From the NCBI GenBank assembly GCA_048128005.1, contig JBEUKZ010000125.1:434001-498000 (forward strand): DNA of 64,000 nt, read 5' to 3'. This DNA is from Veleropilina oligotropha (taxonomy: Eukaryota). Below, piece after piece: positions 1 to 10,892 of this stretch. Every line of letters begins with the position of its first letter. Position 1 is the stretch's first letter. Under the pieces are notes generated by a model. The model was not told where the DNA came from, searched no databases, and was given only the letters and a program-made list of their open reading frames with translations. The position numbers and the translations under genes are program-made.

Positions 1-249
1 GCAGATATTTATTATTTTAAACTAAGCGCATAATAATTTGCAGCAGATGATTTAAATTGCTAGAAGGATTAATTCTCACTTCCTAACACACAATTGCTAA
101 ATTTAGCACGAGATTAATTTTAATTTCAAATACTCTAACAGAAAATAAGATAACATTTTCTTTATTTGGTTCAGTTTACGATCACATTTTAACAATATTT
201 CCATCATATTGTGATCAGAATTTTGATTTTTAAACATCTTTCCCATCGA

Positions 250-1056
250 ACAAGAGCCGTTAGAAAACGGATTCATCCCCCGGCTTCCGCAATCACTCTG
301 ATATTAACTTTAACAAAAATGTCTATGTCCCAACACATCAAGTTTCTTCAATATTTATACAAAATATTATTCAATATCAATGCTAGAGTAAAAGGTGGTA
401 TCAATATAAGCATCACCAAAGAATATATATATGCAATAATGGAACAGAACGGAAATTCACTCAACTTGAACAAAAATTTCTATGTCCACAAACACTAATT
501 CCACATGTTATTTATATTATAAATCACTTGCAGATGAGGGAGCAGCATCAATATAGTCAACACTTTAAAGTATACGGATGTAAAATGGTGCCTATAGAAC
601 AACCCATATGCCCATTGAAAAATTTAAACAAAACTTGAACCAAAATTTCTATGTCCACAAACACCTATTTTTTATGCAATAATTATATTAAATTTAATTC
701 AGCATCACTTTCATAGTATCAGCTGACATTCATATTATCAATACCAAAGCATATATACACCAAAATGTTGTTTCAACAACCCATATACACTCAATGAAAA
801 ACTTTAACCAGAAACATTAATCAAAATTTCTATGTTAAAAAACATCTACATTTATGCAATAATTATATATTTAAATTTTATTCAATCTCACTTCCAGAGT
901 AGCAGATGTCATCCATATAACGCTTACAAACGTATCATGGGCAAGCTATATATATATATACACTCAATTCGAAACTTTAACCAAATTGTTTACGGATGTA
1001 CGGATGGACATGGCAACAACAATATCCCACGCTACCTTCGGGCGGGGGATCAAAAC
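250..1056 (+). mobile_element. Non-autonomous Helentron/HINE (pearl)-like element with degenerate internal repeats
   Basis: Starts AACAAGAG with subterminal ATCCCCCG, complementary to the 3' CGGGGGAT. Internal repeat AAAATTTCTATGT recurs at about 473, 642 and 824. GACGGA-like microsatellite and a 3' hairpin before the A-run. Confidence 0.5.
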
Positions 1057-1712
1057 CAAAACTTAATTATTTTGGCTTTTGGTTAAAATAACCCATGCCA
1101 AATATGACCCCTACAAGTTCAAGGCAATGTGAGGTTGCAAACCATCGCTCCGGTGGCAAGGAGCACGATGGTGAAAACCAGAAATCTCTGCAACTAATAG
1201 TAAAAAAACATTTTGAGCCTATTTTGAAGTTTGTATGGTGAACGTTCTAGCTCTAGAGCCGAAACTTTGCAAACCGGAAATTGCGTCATAAAATCTGGAT
1301 CTTTTATCCAATTCGGATCATCTTTGAGGAGGACCGAACCTAGGGAGGACCCTATCTTATGTAAAACAAGAACGACGCGTTCGAAATATGTCTTGACCTT
1401 TCTTTATTTCCCTCAAATTTTCATAACAGTTAATACAATGGCTAAGTGCAAGTACTTCATGGCTTAATTTACTACCCCGTCGATTATGACGTCACCAAAT
1501 GACGATTAATCTAAAGCGACGTCGTAATGACGTCATTGCTATTTGCTTGCAATATTAGACATCCGTTATATACAAATATGGATAAAAGTGCTCAATAAAT
1601 GCATATTTTTGCAAAATTGTGTCGCGAAAGTTATATACACGACCTACAAATACTCTTGGGAATGTGTGTACCAATTTTGGTGAAAATTGAGCGGGTAGTT
1701 TTCAAATAAATC

Positions 1713-1717
<5 letters not shown>

Positions 1718-1760
<43 letters not shown>

Positions 1761-1798
1761 TATATAAGTATATAAGTATATAAGTATATATGTATATA
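1718..1798. repeat. (TA)n plus (TATATAAG)n microsatellite
   Basis: Read directly. Confidence 0.9.
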
Positions 1799-2125
1799 CA
1801 CACGGACCATTTGATAATGTCGTCCTTTTTTACAAAAAGGTCAAGACATAAAAATTGAGCAATTTGCATCAATGGTTGTTGAGATATGCTTGCGAACAGA
1901 CAATTTGAAAAGCGGAAATTGCGTCATATAATCCAGATCTGGTTTTCGATTCGGATCACATAAATTTGAGGAAGGCCGAGCGTAGGATGTCAAAAAAATG
2001 AGTAAATCGGCCCAACAGTTGTTGAGATATGCTCGCAGACAGACAAATCGACTCAATTGCAATTCCTTCTCCCACCACTATGTGGGCCTCTACCGCACAA
2101 TTATACTTAACATTTTCAGATGCTC

Positions 2126-2740
2126 TACCAGTTGAGCTATATTAATGATAGTCCACTGTAGAATATTACCAGTTGAGCTATATTAATGACAGTCCACTGT
2201 AGAATATTACCAGTTGAGCTATATTAATGACAGTCCACTGTAGAATATTACCAGTTGAGCTATATTAATGATAGTCCACTGTAGAATATTACCAGTTGAG
2301 CTATATTAATGACAGTCCACTGTAGAATATTACCAGTTGAGTTATATTAATGATAGTCCACTGTAGAATATTACCAGTTGAGCTATATTAATGACAGTCC
2401 ACTGTAGAATATTACCAGTTGAGCTATATTAATGATAGTCCACTGTAGAATATTACCAGTTGAGCTATATTAATGATAGTCCACTGTAGAATATTACCAG
2501 TTGAGCTATATTAATGAGTCCACTGTAGAATATTACCAGTTGAGCTATATTAATGATAGTCCACTGTAGAATATTACCAGTTGAGCTATATTAATGACAG
2601 TCCACTGTAGAATATTACCAGTTGAGCTATATTAATGATAGTCCACTGTAGAATATTTATTTACCAGTTGAGCTATATTAATGATAGTCCACTGTAGAAT
2701 ATTACCAGTTGAGCTATGAATGACAGTCCACTGTAGAATA
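2126..2740 (-). repeat. 41-bp minisatellite, about 15 copies, containing a tRNA-type A-box
   Basis: Unit TACCAGTTGAGCTATATTAATGAYAGTCCACTGTAGAATAT with period 41 (2126, 2167...). The minus strand reads TAGCTCAACTGGTA and continues GAGCATCTGA at the array edge. Confidence 0.92.
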
Positions 2741-5601
2741 CGAGGAGGATTAATGATCACACACTACAATTTTATGAAGAAGATGAATTGATGTTTAACG
2801 ACCACGCCAACAGTATTTCAGTTATAAATCGGGTCAATCAATTTTGAATGATGAAATGAAGTGGTGCTGTGTGCAATGGAGCCAGCGATCATTGCAAAGA
2901 TCCCCAGCACTCCCGGGGCTTGAACCCATGACCTCCCCTTAGTAGACCAGCACCATATCCACTCGCCCATAAAACTGTCCGCATATACACGAATAACGAT
3001 TCACATGAACACTAACTAATAGCTGCAGATCTCTATAATATTCATTAATATTTGGCTTAAAGTTAAAACTAAGCTGTGCATTACATATTAAAAATGCTGA
3101 ATTCCATTTTGTTATGTAATTTATTATATTCGAAAGAAAATGGTGTATAACAGTATTGCGTGTATTTATCACCTACTCATTTGACGATTCTCAAGTTTTA
3201 AAATAAGTATCAAAGTATTTCAATTATTAGATTCTCAATTTGTTCGCGAACGACTGCATTTGAAGCCATGCACATAGTATTATAGCTAGAAGTTCCCCCC
3301 AATAAATATTAACATCAAGAGCATTCACCTCAAAGTCATGAATGTATCTCCCCAGTCTATTATTATAATGTTACAGTATGATAATAATAGCAATATATAC
3401 ATGTATATAATATATTAAAAATGCTATTAGTTTTAACTTTATGTTCAGATAGAGTATTGTTTTCGCTAAAATAAAGTATATATATGGATATTCATGAATG
3501 AAATGCCCAGAAGCCATTGTGAAACATCGCTTTTTATTAATTATCGACATTTTCAACATTTATTATTATGCTATACATTTTATTTATGGATATGATAATC
3601 TCTATAGACTAAACCAGCATATTTCTTTATGCAAAGAACACATACATCAAGTGTCAGATTAAATGGCGTTAAATTCCCGTTTATGAGACTGATTCGGGGT
3701 CAGCATCTTTAAGATAGGTATAGTAACAACAATAAGCTCAACAAATTTACATCGATTATCCCACAACCAGTTTACATATGCAATGTTCATGAATACAACA
3801 ACATTCCATTGAATATGATCCGTCACAAAGACATGAAATCATGAATATTTCTGGCATCAATACAATTGTCATTTTTCGCAGTCCATTAAAGCTACACCCG
3901 AATCAATTACATGGAACAATTAAGATTTAAGGTTAAGTGTAAGCATAGATCATGCTGTGATGCCCATATCACTTCCTTAACTGGACAAACTTACGTCATA
4001 TCAGATAAATTCATTCTTTCCCAGAAAAATCAAAATGGCTGCATCAATAAAGCGTGCAGCTAGCGTCACTGTTAATTCTGCCTCTAAATAATCATAAGGA
4101 ATCGCGAAGATCCAATATTATAGACTGTGTCACAACAATATCCATTAATAAAGCGTTATTTGACGACTGCTGTTACATTGATTAGCGTGGGTCATAAGGA
4201 CGCAGGCTTTGCCGGAGACGTGCGCATTCGGGAGGGATCTATTGAAGGCATATAGCGGTGAAGACGACATCAAATCCTCGCCAGAAGAGAGGATAAGTTA
4301 TTAGAAATAGCTTCCTGTCCATGAGACAGATTGTCTGCATTATACACGCCGTAAATTCAATCTACAGCGAGAAATGAGTGAACAATTGCAGGGAAAATAT
4401 ATCATAGAATAGCAGACGACACGGGGATAAACAGCGAAATAGTGACAGTGGTCTGTAACGTAATGCAACATCGCATTGTCATTTCTATAAATGAATTCAT
4501 TAATGAGACATCAGTTAAGACAATAGAAAATAACATATTATTTATATGTGCATAAACAATAATTCAATATAAAATTACGCAAAAATGTACAAAATTGCAT
4601 GAACTGCATTCATCTATGTTAGTGACAAAACAGTAAGTTTATACATGTTATAGTGGTATGGTGTTTTACTATTAACACAAGACATTGTACTATTATCAAT
4701 GTAAATTTAATTAGGACACTTAATTAATTATCATAATTAGACATTTCTTCATTGATGGAAAATGGACTGTATAGATCACTGAATATATGAATTGATATTA
4801 CAATTGACATTTGGGGGCGACGTTCAAGTTTAAAGATACTAGGAATGGATCAATTTTTTAAATCTCAGCTATGTGTCATTGTGAAGATAATTGTGTAGAC
4901 TATGTACACCTTCACTCCAAGAAACTGCGCCTATTTAGTTATCATTGAAACAACATGCAGTCCATAAAATCTTAACATCAAAATTAATGTCATTTCAGAG
5001 GTAAACAAACTGATACTTAAATGAAAATCGGTGTCTCTGTCACTCAGCCCGAGATAAAATATCGCTAATCAACAGAAATGATTGCTGCATGATCATGGAA
5101 AAAGACGTTTCCCTTTCTTCTCAAACTAAGGTAGCCTGAAAATCTTAGATGGCGGCACAGCAACTTTAGAAGCAGTGAATTTCCACTGCACAATTCACAA
5201 GCGAACAAAGAAAACACAAAGATAAAGATTCTACTCTTGTCAGCTTCCTCTGTGGTGCACTGGTAAAAATTTAGCCCCTCAATCTACTCTGGATGACTGC
5301 ACGCCATACTGTGGCAGACAACTGCGATTGTTTAATTGCTCTAAAATATTTAAAACAGTCTCGATTGTTGAATTGTCAAATGACACACACAATCAGTACA
5401 ACGGCATTGAGAGCAACACTCTATAACCCATTTAGCCAATGAGTGGGTGGTGTCTTGAAAGATTAGCATGAATTGATAGATGGATGGATTGATGCTTAAT
5501 GTCCTGTATATTTACAACCATCAGAATAAAGGTACGTTATGTCCACATTCAAAACCCACTCCTGTTAGTTAGCGCAATGGAGCCAGTGATTTCAGAGTTG
5601 G

Positions 5602-5865
5602 AGGAGGAGGAATTATGCTTAATGTCCTGTATATTTATAACATCGAGGTTCAAGGCAGGACATGTCCGTGTTATCGCGGGAGGAAAAAAACCCGGTCGCC
5701 GGGAAAACCCGCCCTCTTCGGCCAGTCACGGACAACAGTGCTTCATAACTTGAACAAATGTGTGCTGCCTCAGCCGGGGGTCGATCCCACTACTGTTCGC
5801 GTCAGCGGAAACAAGCCAGTGAATTTAGAGTGGACACTCTACCCACTGCGCTACCGAAGCGGCCC
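5602..5865 (-). mobile_element. tRNA-derived SINE (Meta-domain-like), young copy nested in an older SINE at about 5475-5905
   Basis: Minus strand: A-box TAGCGCAGTGG, B-box-like GGGATCGACCC, central GGGTTTTCCC...TTTCCTCC, (TCC)n tail. 14-bp TSD GATTTCAGAGTTGG at 5588-5601 and 5866-5879. Confidence 0.85.
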
Positions 5866-6193
5866 GATTTCAGAGTTGGCACTTGATAACACACGACTAC
5901 CGAGACGGTCGATTAGCATGATGGTGTATTTTACCAGATACAATTTATTATTATCATTTGAGACTACGTTTAACTCTTTGCCCGCTGTGTATTCAGTAAC
6001 TCAATGACAATTGGGCAGCAATTGCTGCCACCATAGGCCAAAGAGTAACATTGGAGATTATTAATTGCGCTTCCGTGCTACCACCATTTTATATTGTGAT
6101 GTCAGAATTAATTTCATACTCTCGCGTGGTTCAATAATTAAAACTAATAGAAGGGGTGGCTTAATTAAAAACCAGTCACCCGTCCATCGAACG

Positions 6194-6451
6194 AGGAGGA
6201 ATTATGCTTAATGTCCTGTATATTTACAACATCGAGGTTCAAGGCAGGACATGTCCGTGTTATCGCGGGAGGAAACCCCGGTCGCCGGGTAAACCCGCCC
6301 TCTTCGGCCAGTCACGGACAACTGTGCTTCATAACTTGAACAAATGTGTGGTGCCTCAGCCGGGGGTCGATCCCACTACTGTTCGCGTCAGCGGAAACAA
6401 GCCAGTGAATTTAGAGTGGACACTCGACCCACTGCGCTACCGAAGCGGCCC
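6194..6451 (-). mobile_element. tRNA-derived SINE, same family
   Basis: Near-identical to 5602-5865; imperfect TSD TCCATCGNACGAG. Confidence 0.85.
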
Positions 6452-6712
6452 TCCATCGCACGAGATGTTATAAACCGAAGTTCCAATTAGATATATATAT
6501 ATATGACTGAATTTTTTTGTTTATATATGTGCTCGTAAAATTAAAATTGATTCCCCCTGATCCACATTGCTGTATTCGATTAAGTCACTTGAGCCTCATG
6601 ATTTATATATACTGTGAATTTCACTGATTAGACATCAAAACCTCATGGTATAACCTATATAGACGTATTTATTCAAAACATGAGGTTTTAATGTAAACCT
6701 AATATTAGTATA

Positions 6713-6918
6713 AAACATACTTACGTCCTTACTCTTGCCATAATAGTATATTATCGCCCAAACCGGAAATGGTGAATATGTCCCATAATGCACCGTTATA
6801 AGCCAAAAAAGCACACGGTTACCTCCCCTGCTCCTACCCCCCACGTTCCCTAGCGAGACTTCGCCAAGTCTCGTGAGACTTCTGAACAATAGAAGTCACA
6901 TGACATCAATTCAAAGTT
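6713..6918. repeat. DIRS copy A 3' inverted terminal repeat
   Basis: Reverse complement of 13926-14131; no mismatch seen by eye. Confidence 0.95.
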
Positions 6919-6978
6919 CAAAAACCACAAAGGAACGTAGTAGAGGGGAGGAATGCGAAACGCAGGGTGGGTAATCGT

Positions 6979-7069
6979 GTAAGGACGTAAGTATGTTTTA
7001 TACTAATATTAGGTTTACATTAAAACCTCATATATAGTTACAAACATACTTACGTCCTTACTCTTGCCA
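6979..7069. other. DIRS copy A internal complementary region (ICR)
   Basis: GGTTTACATTAAAACCTCA|TATATAGTTACAAACATAC joins the reverse complements of the two outer element ends. Confidence 0.93.
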
Positions 7070-7907
7070 GAATAACCTTGGATAGGTGGGTAAGACGTTC
7101 CTTACAACAAACCCAAACAAGATAATGACTTACTTTTCACCAATTCGATCAGCATGAAGCGTCGAGTGTGTCCGCCTAGAGTGGAATTTTTACTGAGTAT
7201 TATATTCTACTCTTACCAGGCGAGAATTTCGACCAGTGTTACCGGGAGGATACGCCGTGGTGTTAGTCGGACGAGGTGAACGGAAGTGCAATCAGCCCCT
7301 GGCACGGCCGGAAGGATAAATCCCTGTAGGTCTTACGTGTCATGGACCAGTGGCAGCCAAATGGGACTCCGGGCCTATAGGCCGGTAGCCAGAGGATGCA
7401 GTCGGATTTGTAAGCACACGGAACCTAACAGGTTGTGAAAGCTTTAAAATCAAAAGCAAAGAATTAATAGATTATATAATAATCGATATTAATAAGTAGT
7501 TCGCATGACCAACTTGCGAACGCTAACATGGACGACATGTCACTTAAAATAAATTTTAAGGAAGCAAAAAAGTTCGACATGCTACTTAAAAATAAATGTT
7601 AAGGAATCAACATTTTAAATGTATTGAACATCGTATGTTCGATTACAGCAAAGAACATAATAATATTGAACCCTAATCTTTTTAAGATTTGTGCAAAATT
7701 ATCAAAGTTGTTTTATTAAATTCAATGTGATCTGGCTTATGTCAACACTCAGTCTGACATGAGAAGTACAAAATCTTAAATTAGATTTAAGAAATGAACA
7801 GACATTGAACTGCCCCATAGGTGTTAATTACATAGCACCGTTTGGCCAACGAAAATAAAATGGCGTCAGTAAATATGCAAATGATCAATCAGAGAACAAT
7901 AGGCTAC

Positions 7908-10865
7908 TTACTGATTAGAAGACCTCGGTCTAACAATAACCCGTTGTGCAGCAACACAGTGTAAACTGCTTAGGCCATCAGCCCCGGTTGAGTAGTCGCG
8001 CAGATAATGTTTGACAAACACATTAGCGTTTTTCCAATATCCGGCCTGTAGTAACGCATTGATATTTAAATTATGTCGGAAGGCTACAGACGCTGCAATG
8101 GCCCGGACCTCATGTGCGCGGACCGATAAAATAGTTCGGTCGTCGTCATCACAACGGATGTAAACATCTCTCACAGTTTGTGAAATCCACCGCGAAACAG
8201 TAGTCCTCGTAATGTCGCGGGTGTAGGTGGGCAAATACGATATGAATAAACGTAATTTTCCCTGTCGCAACTCACGGGTTCTGTCTAGGTAGAATCGAAG
8301 CGCCCGGACCGGGCAATTGAAGCGGTCTGCGTCGCGCCTTCCGACTAGCGTTAGCTTGGGAATAACAACATCGGGTGCGTCCTCGTTCGGCCGCTGGTTC
8401 TTGGCTAAGAAGCCCAGAATGGGACGTAGTATCACCGACCCGTCTGACTGGAATCGTATGTCTCTTAGCTCGGAGGAGAAAGCATGAATCTCGGAACAAC
8501 GCCTGCCCGACGCTAAGGCGATCAGAAAAACTGTTTTGTGCGTCAAGTTCCTCATGGTTATCTCGGACATCGGCTCATACGGGGGTAAGAGTAATGCGTT
8601 AAGAATAAGTACGATATTCCAGGCAGGTGGCTTAATTCTTCGGGTCGGTATCTCGAGTTCATAAGATCGTATAAAATCTGATATCGTTCGGTCGCTTGAT
8701 AGGCCAGCATGGGCACGACACTGCTTTAGCGTGGTCGCGATCGTTGCCCGATAGCCTTTGACGGCGGACACTGACATACCGCGGTCGAAGAGCGACGATA
8801 AAAACTCGATAAACTTGTTCACAGGGGGACGGAGTATATTGATCTGCCTGCTGTGACACCAATCCACGTACTTAACCCATCGGTAGTCATAGACTTTTGT
8901 AGTGGAAATCCTTCTCGATCGATAGATACGTAAGGCTGTAGCTTTAGAAAATCCTTTCTTAGCAAGGGATCGTTCGATAACCGCCAGGCGTGTAAACGTA
9001 AGTGGTTCGGCGACTCGTGGAGTACACGGGTGCGTGGTTGCATTAACAGGTCTAGTTTCTGCGGTAACGCTAACGGTCGATCGACGATCAGATCGAGGAG
9101 GGTCGGAAACCAAGGTTGCGTGCGATAAAGGGGCGCTATTAGCGTTATCTCGCAACGTTCGGTCGCTGCCTTCTGTAATACCAGTGATAGAATGCACGTC
9201 GGGGGGAAGGCATACGCGGACAGATTCTCCCATGTCATTGACATTGCGTCGACCGCCAGGGCGGCCGGGTCTGGGTACGGGGAGACATACAGAGGTAGTC
9301 GGTAATTGAATTCTGTTGCAAACAAGTCGACTTGGGGTTGCGACCACCGGCGGCAAACATCCCGAGCTACTCGGCTGTGTAGCGTCCACTCTGTGTGTAT
9401 AATCTGTGATCTCCGAGAGAGCGAATCCGCTCTGACATTCAGCTTTCCCGGGATGTGTCGGGCTCGAATCGTCGAGTTGAGGGACATCACTAAGCGGTGT
9501 AGGTCTATTGCTCGGTCGCATAGGGGACGCGAGCGTGTACCGCCCTGGTGCTGTATGTAAGCGACGACAGTCGTGTTGTCCGTGGCGAGCATTATATGCT
9601 TGTTGCGGAGATGTGACGAGAGGGACCGTACTGACAGGAAGACGGCTTCTAACTCTAGGAAGTTGATATGTCGTCCCTGAAGGTCTGTCGGCCATAGGCC
9701 TGATGTCTCGTAACTGTCGAGGTGACCACCCCAGCCGTCGTTCGAAGCGTCTGTGAACAGGTAAGCGTTCGGCTCTGGTGGGGATATAGGAACCGACTGG
9801 TCCGGCAAAGCGGGGTTCAACCACACTGCTGTCGTGTCGGTAAACCAATGCCGTAGATCGATGCGATCCTTCCACTGCCCCGTCCGTTGTATCCAGCGAT
9901 CCCTGAAAGCCTGTTGTAACGGTCTTTTGTCCATGCGACCCGTCGGTAGCAGGGGCGCTACCGACTCGATGTGCCCCAGGACAGTGGCCAGTTGTCGCGC
10001 CGTAGTTATGTCCGATGACAGGGTGTCTTGGATAACCGCGCGTAGGTTCCGCATACGCTTCTGGGTCGGCTTCGCGGTGTACCGGACCGTATCGAAGTCG
10101 ACTCCGAGGAACGTAAACGTCGTCGAGGGCACGAAGCAGGATTTTGTCTCGTTGATCTGAAATCCCAGGCGCTTCGTCGATGACAGGGTAAAGCTCGTAG
10201 ACCGGAGGCACAGATCTCGGGACGCCCCGAGGATCAGCCAGTCGTCGAGGTACATATGTACCCTGTGCCCTAGAGAGTGTAGGAAGGCCCCCAGGGCCTG
10301 TACTGTTCTCGTGAAGACGTACGGGGCTGACGATAGACCGAACGGTAGGCACCTGAATTGGTAGATCGTCTCCCCGTGTATAAACCGAAGGTACTGATGA
10401 GCCGTGATATGCATCGGGACATGCAGATACGCGTCGGCGAGATCGATAGACGCTGCCCAGTCGCCCGGACGGATGGCCGCTCGAATCTTCGAGAGGGTTT
10501 CTTGCTGGAATTTCTCGGTACGAAGATATAGGTTTAGGTACGAGAGATCGAGGATCGGTCTCCAGCGGCCATCGGGTTTCGGGACCAGGAAGAAATGGCT
10601 GTAAAATCCTGGTGTGCTGGGCGGCGCGGGATATATCGCTCTTTTTAGGAGCAAATCCCGCACTGCCTGGTCTAAGACCGCTTGTTTCTCTCCGTTTAGG
10701 AGGCGAGCGTGTCTTGTTGGTGGTGCCTCGGTTAGGGTCGGATGCCGGTTGAATGCCAACTTGTATCCGGCACTCACGACTAAGTGGACCCAGTTGCTGT
10801 CTGTCAGCTCTAGCCAGGGCTGGCTGTGTGCTAACAGGCACGCTCCCACCGGCGGGAGCGGGCAA
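7908..10865 (-). CDS. DIRS tyrosine recombinase ORF; YR domain in the C-terminal ~350 aa, N-terminal part overlaps the pol ORF
   Basis: Motifs LASGRRCSEI (Arg), NCPVRAL, AHEVR (HxxR), GYW, FVKHY (Tyr). True start uncertain (track start is TTG). Confidence 0.92.
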   Translation of the reverse strand: MPAPAGGSVPVSTQPALARADRQQLGPLSRECRIQVGIQPASDPNRGTTNKTRSPPKRRETSGLRPGSAGFAPKKSDISRAAQHTRILQPFLPGPETRWPLETDPRSLVPKPISSYREIPARNPLEDSSGHPSGRLGSVYRSRRRVSACPDAYHGSSVPSVYTRGDDLPIQVPTVRSIVSPVRLHENSTGPGGLPTLSRAQGTYVPRRLADPRGVPRSVPPVYELYPVIDEAPGISDQRDKILLRALDDVYVPRSRLRYGPVHREADPEAYAEPTRGYPRHPVIGHNYGATTGHCPGAHRVGSAPATDGSHGQKTVTTGFQGSLDTTDGAVEGSHRSTALVYRHDSSVVEPRFAGPVGSYIPTRAERLPVHRRFERRLGWSPRQLRDIRPMADRPSGTTYQLPRVRSRLPVSTVPLVTSPQQAYNARHGQHDCRRLHTAPGRYTLASPMRPSNRPTPLSDVPQLDDSSPTHPGKAECQSGFALSEITDYTHRVDATQPSSSGCLPPVVATPSRLVCNRIQLPTTSVCLPVPRPGRPGGRRNVNDMGESVRVCLPPDVHSITGITEGSDRTLRDNANSAPLSHATLVSDPPRSDRRSTVSVTAETRPVNATTHPCTPRVAEPLTFTRLAVIERSLAKKGFSKATALRIYRSRRISTTKVYDYRWVKYVDWCHSRQINILRPPVNKFIEFLSSLFDRGMSVSAVKGYRATIATTLKQCRAHAGLSSDRTISDFIRSYELEIPTRRIKPPAWNIVLILNALLLPPYEPMSEITMRNLTHKTVFLIALASGRRCSEIHAFSSELRDIRFQSDGSVILRPILGFLAKNQRPNEDAPDVVIPKLTLVGRRDADRFNCPVRALRFYLDRTRELRQGKLRLFISYLPTYTRDITRTTVSRWISQTVRDVYIRCDDDDRTILSVRAHEVRAIAASVAFRHNLNINALLQAGYWKNANVFVKHYLRDYSTGADGLSSLHCVAAQRVIVRPRSSNQ
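8819..10849 (-). CDS. DIRS pol: reverse transcriptase, RNase H and adenine methyltransferase-like domain
   Basis: RT: FLVPKPDGRWRPILDL, DLADAYLHVP, LPFGLSSAP, YLDD. RNase H: FTDAS..GWG, HINFLELEAV, TDNTTVVAYI, NVRADSLSR. MT-like: DLFA...DAMSMTW...YAFPP. No ATG upstream of the RT domain. Confidence 0.95.
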   Translation of the reverse strand: MGACLLAHSQPWLELTDSNWVHLVVSAGYKLAFNRHPTLTEAPPTRHARLLNGEKQAVLDQAVRDLLLKRAIYPAPPSTPGFYSHFFLVPKPDGRWRPILDLSYLNLYLRTEKFQQETLSKIRAAIRPGDWAASIDLADAYLHVPMHITAHQYLRFIHGETIYQFRCLPFGLSSAPYVFTRTVQALGAFLHSLGHRVHMYLDDWLILGASRDLCLRSTSFTLSSTKRLGFQINETKSCFVPSTTFTFLGVDFDTVRYTAKPTQKRMRNLRAVIQDTLSSDITTARQLATVLGHIESVAPLLPTGRMDKRPLQQAFRDRWIQRTGQWKDRIDLRHWFTDTTAVWLNPALPDQSVPISPPEPNAYLFTDASNDGWGGHLDSYETSGLWPTDLQGRHINFLELEAVFLSVRSLSSHLRNKHIMLATDNTTVVAYIQHQGGTRSRPLCDRAIDLHRLVMSLNSTIRARHIPGKLNVRADSLSRRSQIIHTEWTLHSRVARDVCRRWSQPQVDLFATEFNYRLPLYVSPYPDPAALAVDAMSMTWENLSAYAFPPTCILSLVLQKAATERCEITLIAPLYRTQPWFPTLLDLIVDRPLALPQKLDLLMQPRTRVLHESPNHLRLHAWRLSNDPLLRKDFLKLQPYVSIDREGFPLQKSMTTDGLSTWIGVTAGRSIYSVPL

Positions 10866-10892
10866 CTGGGGCCGTCGCGAATGCCGGCAGCC

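Noticed and set aside
5615..6473. Recurring MLNVLYIYNIEVQGR and MSCIFITSRFKAG ORFs as a small gene family
   Set aside because: Antisense translations of SINE copies.
7128..7432. Hammerhead or twister ribozyme in the DIRS 3' block
   Set aside because: No CUGANGA core on either strand in both copies, and the CUAACA resemblance to twister is not followed by the other conserved elements. Left as unknown structure.
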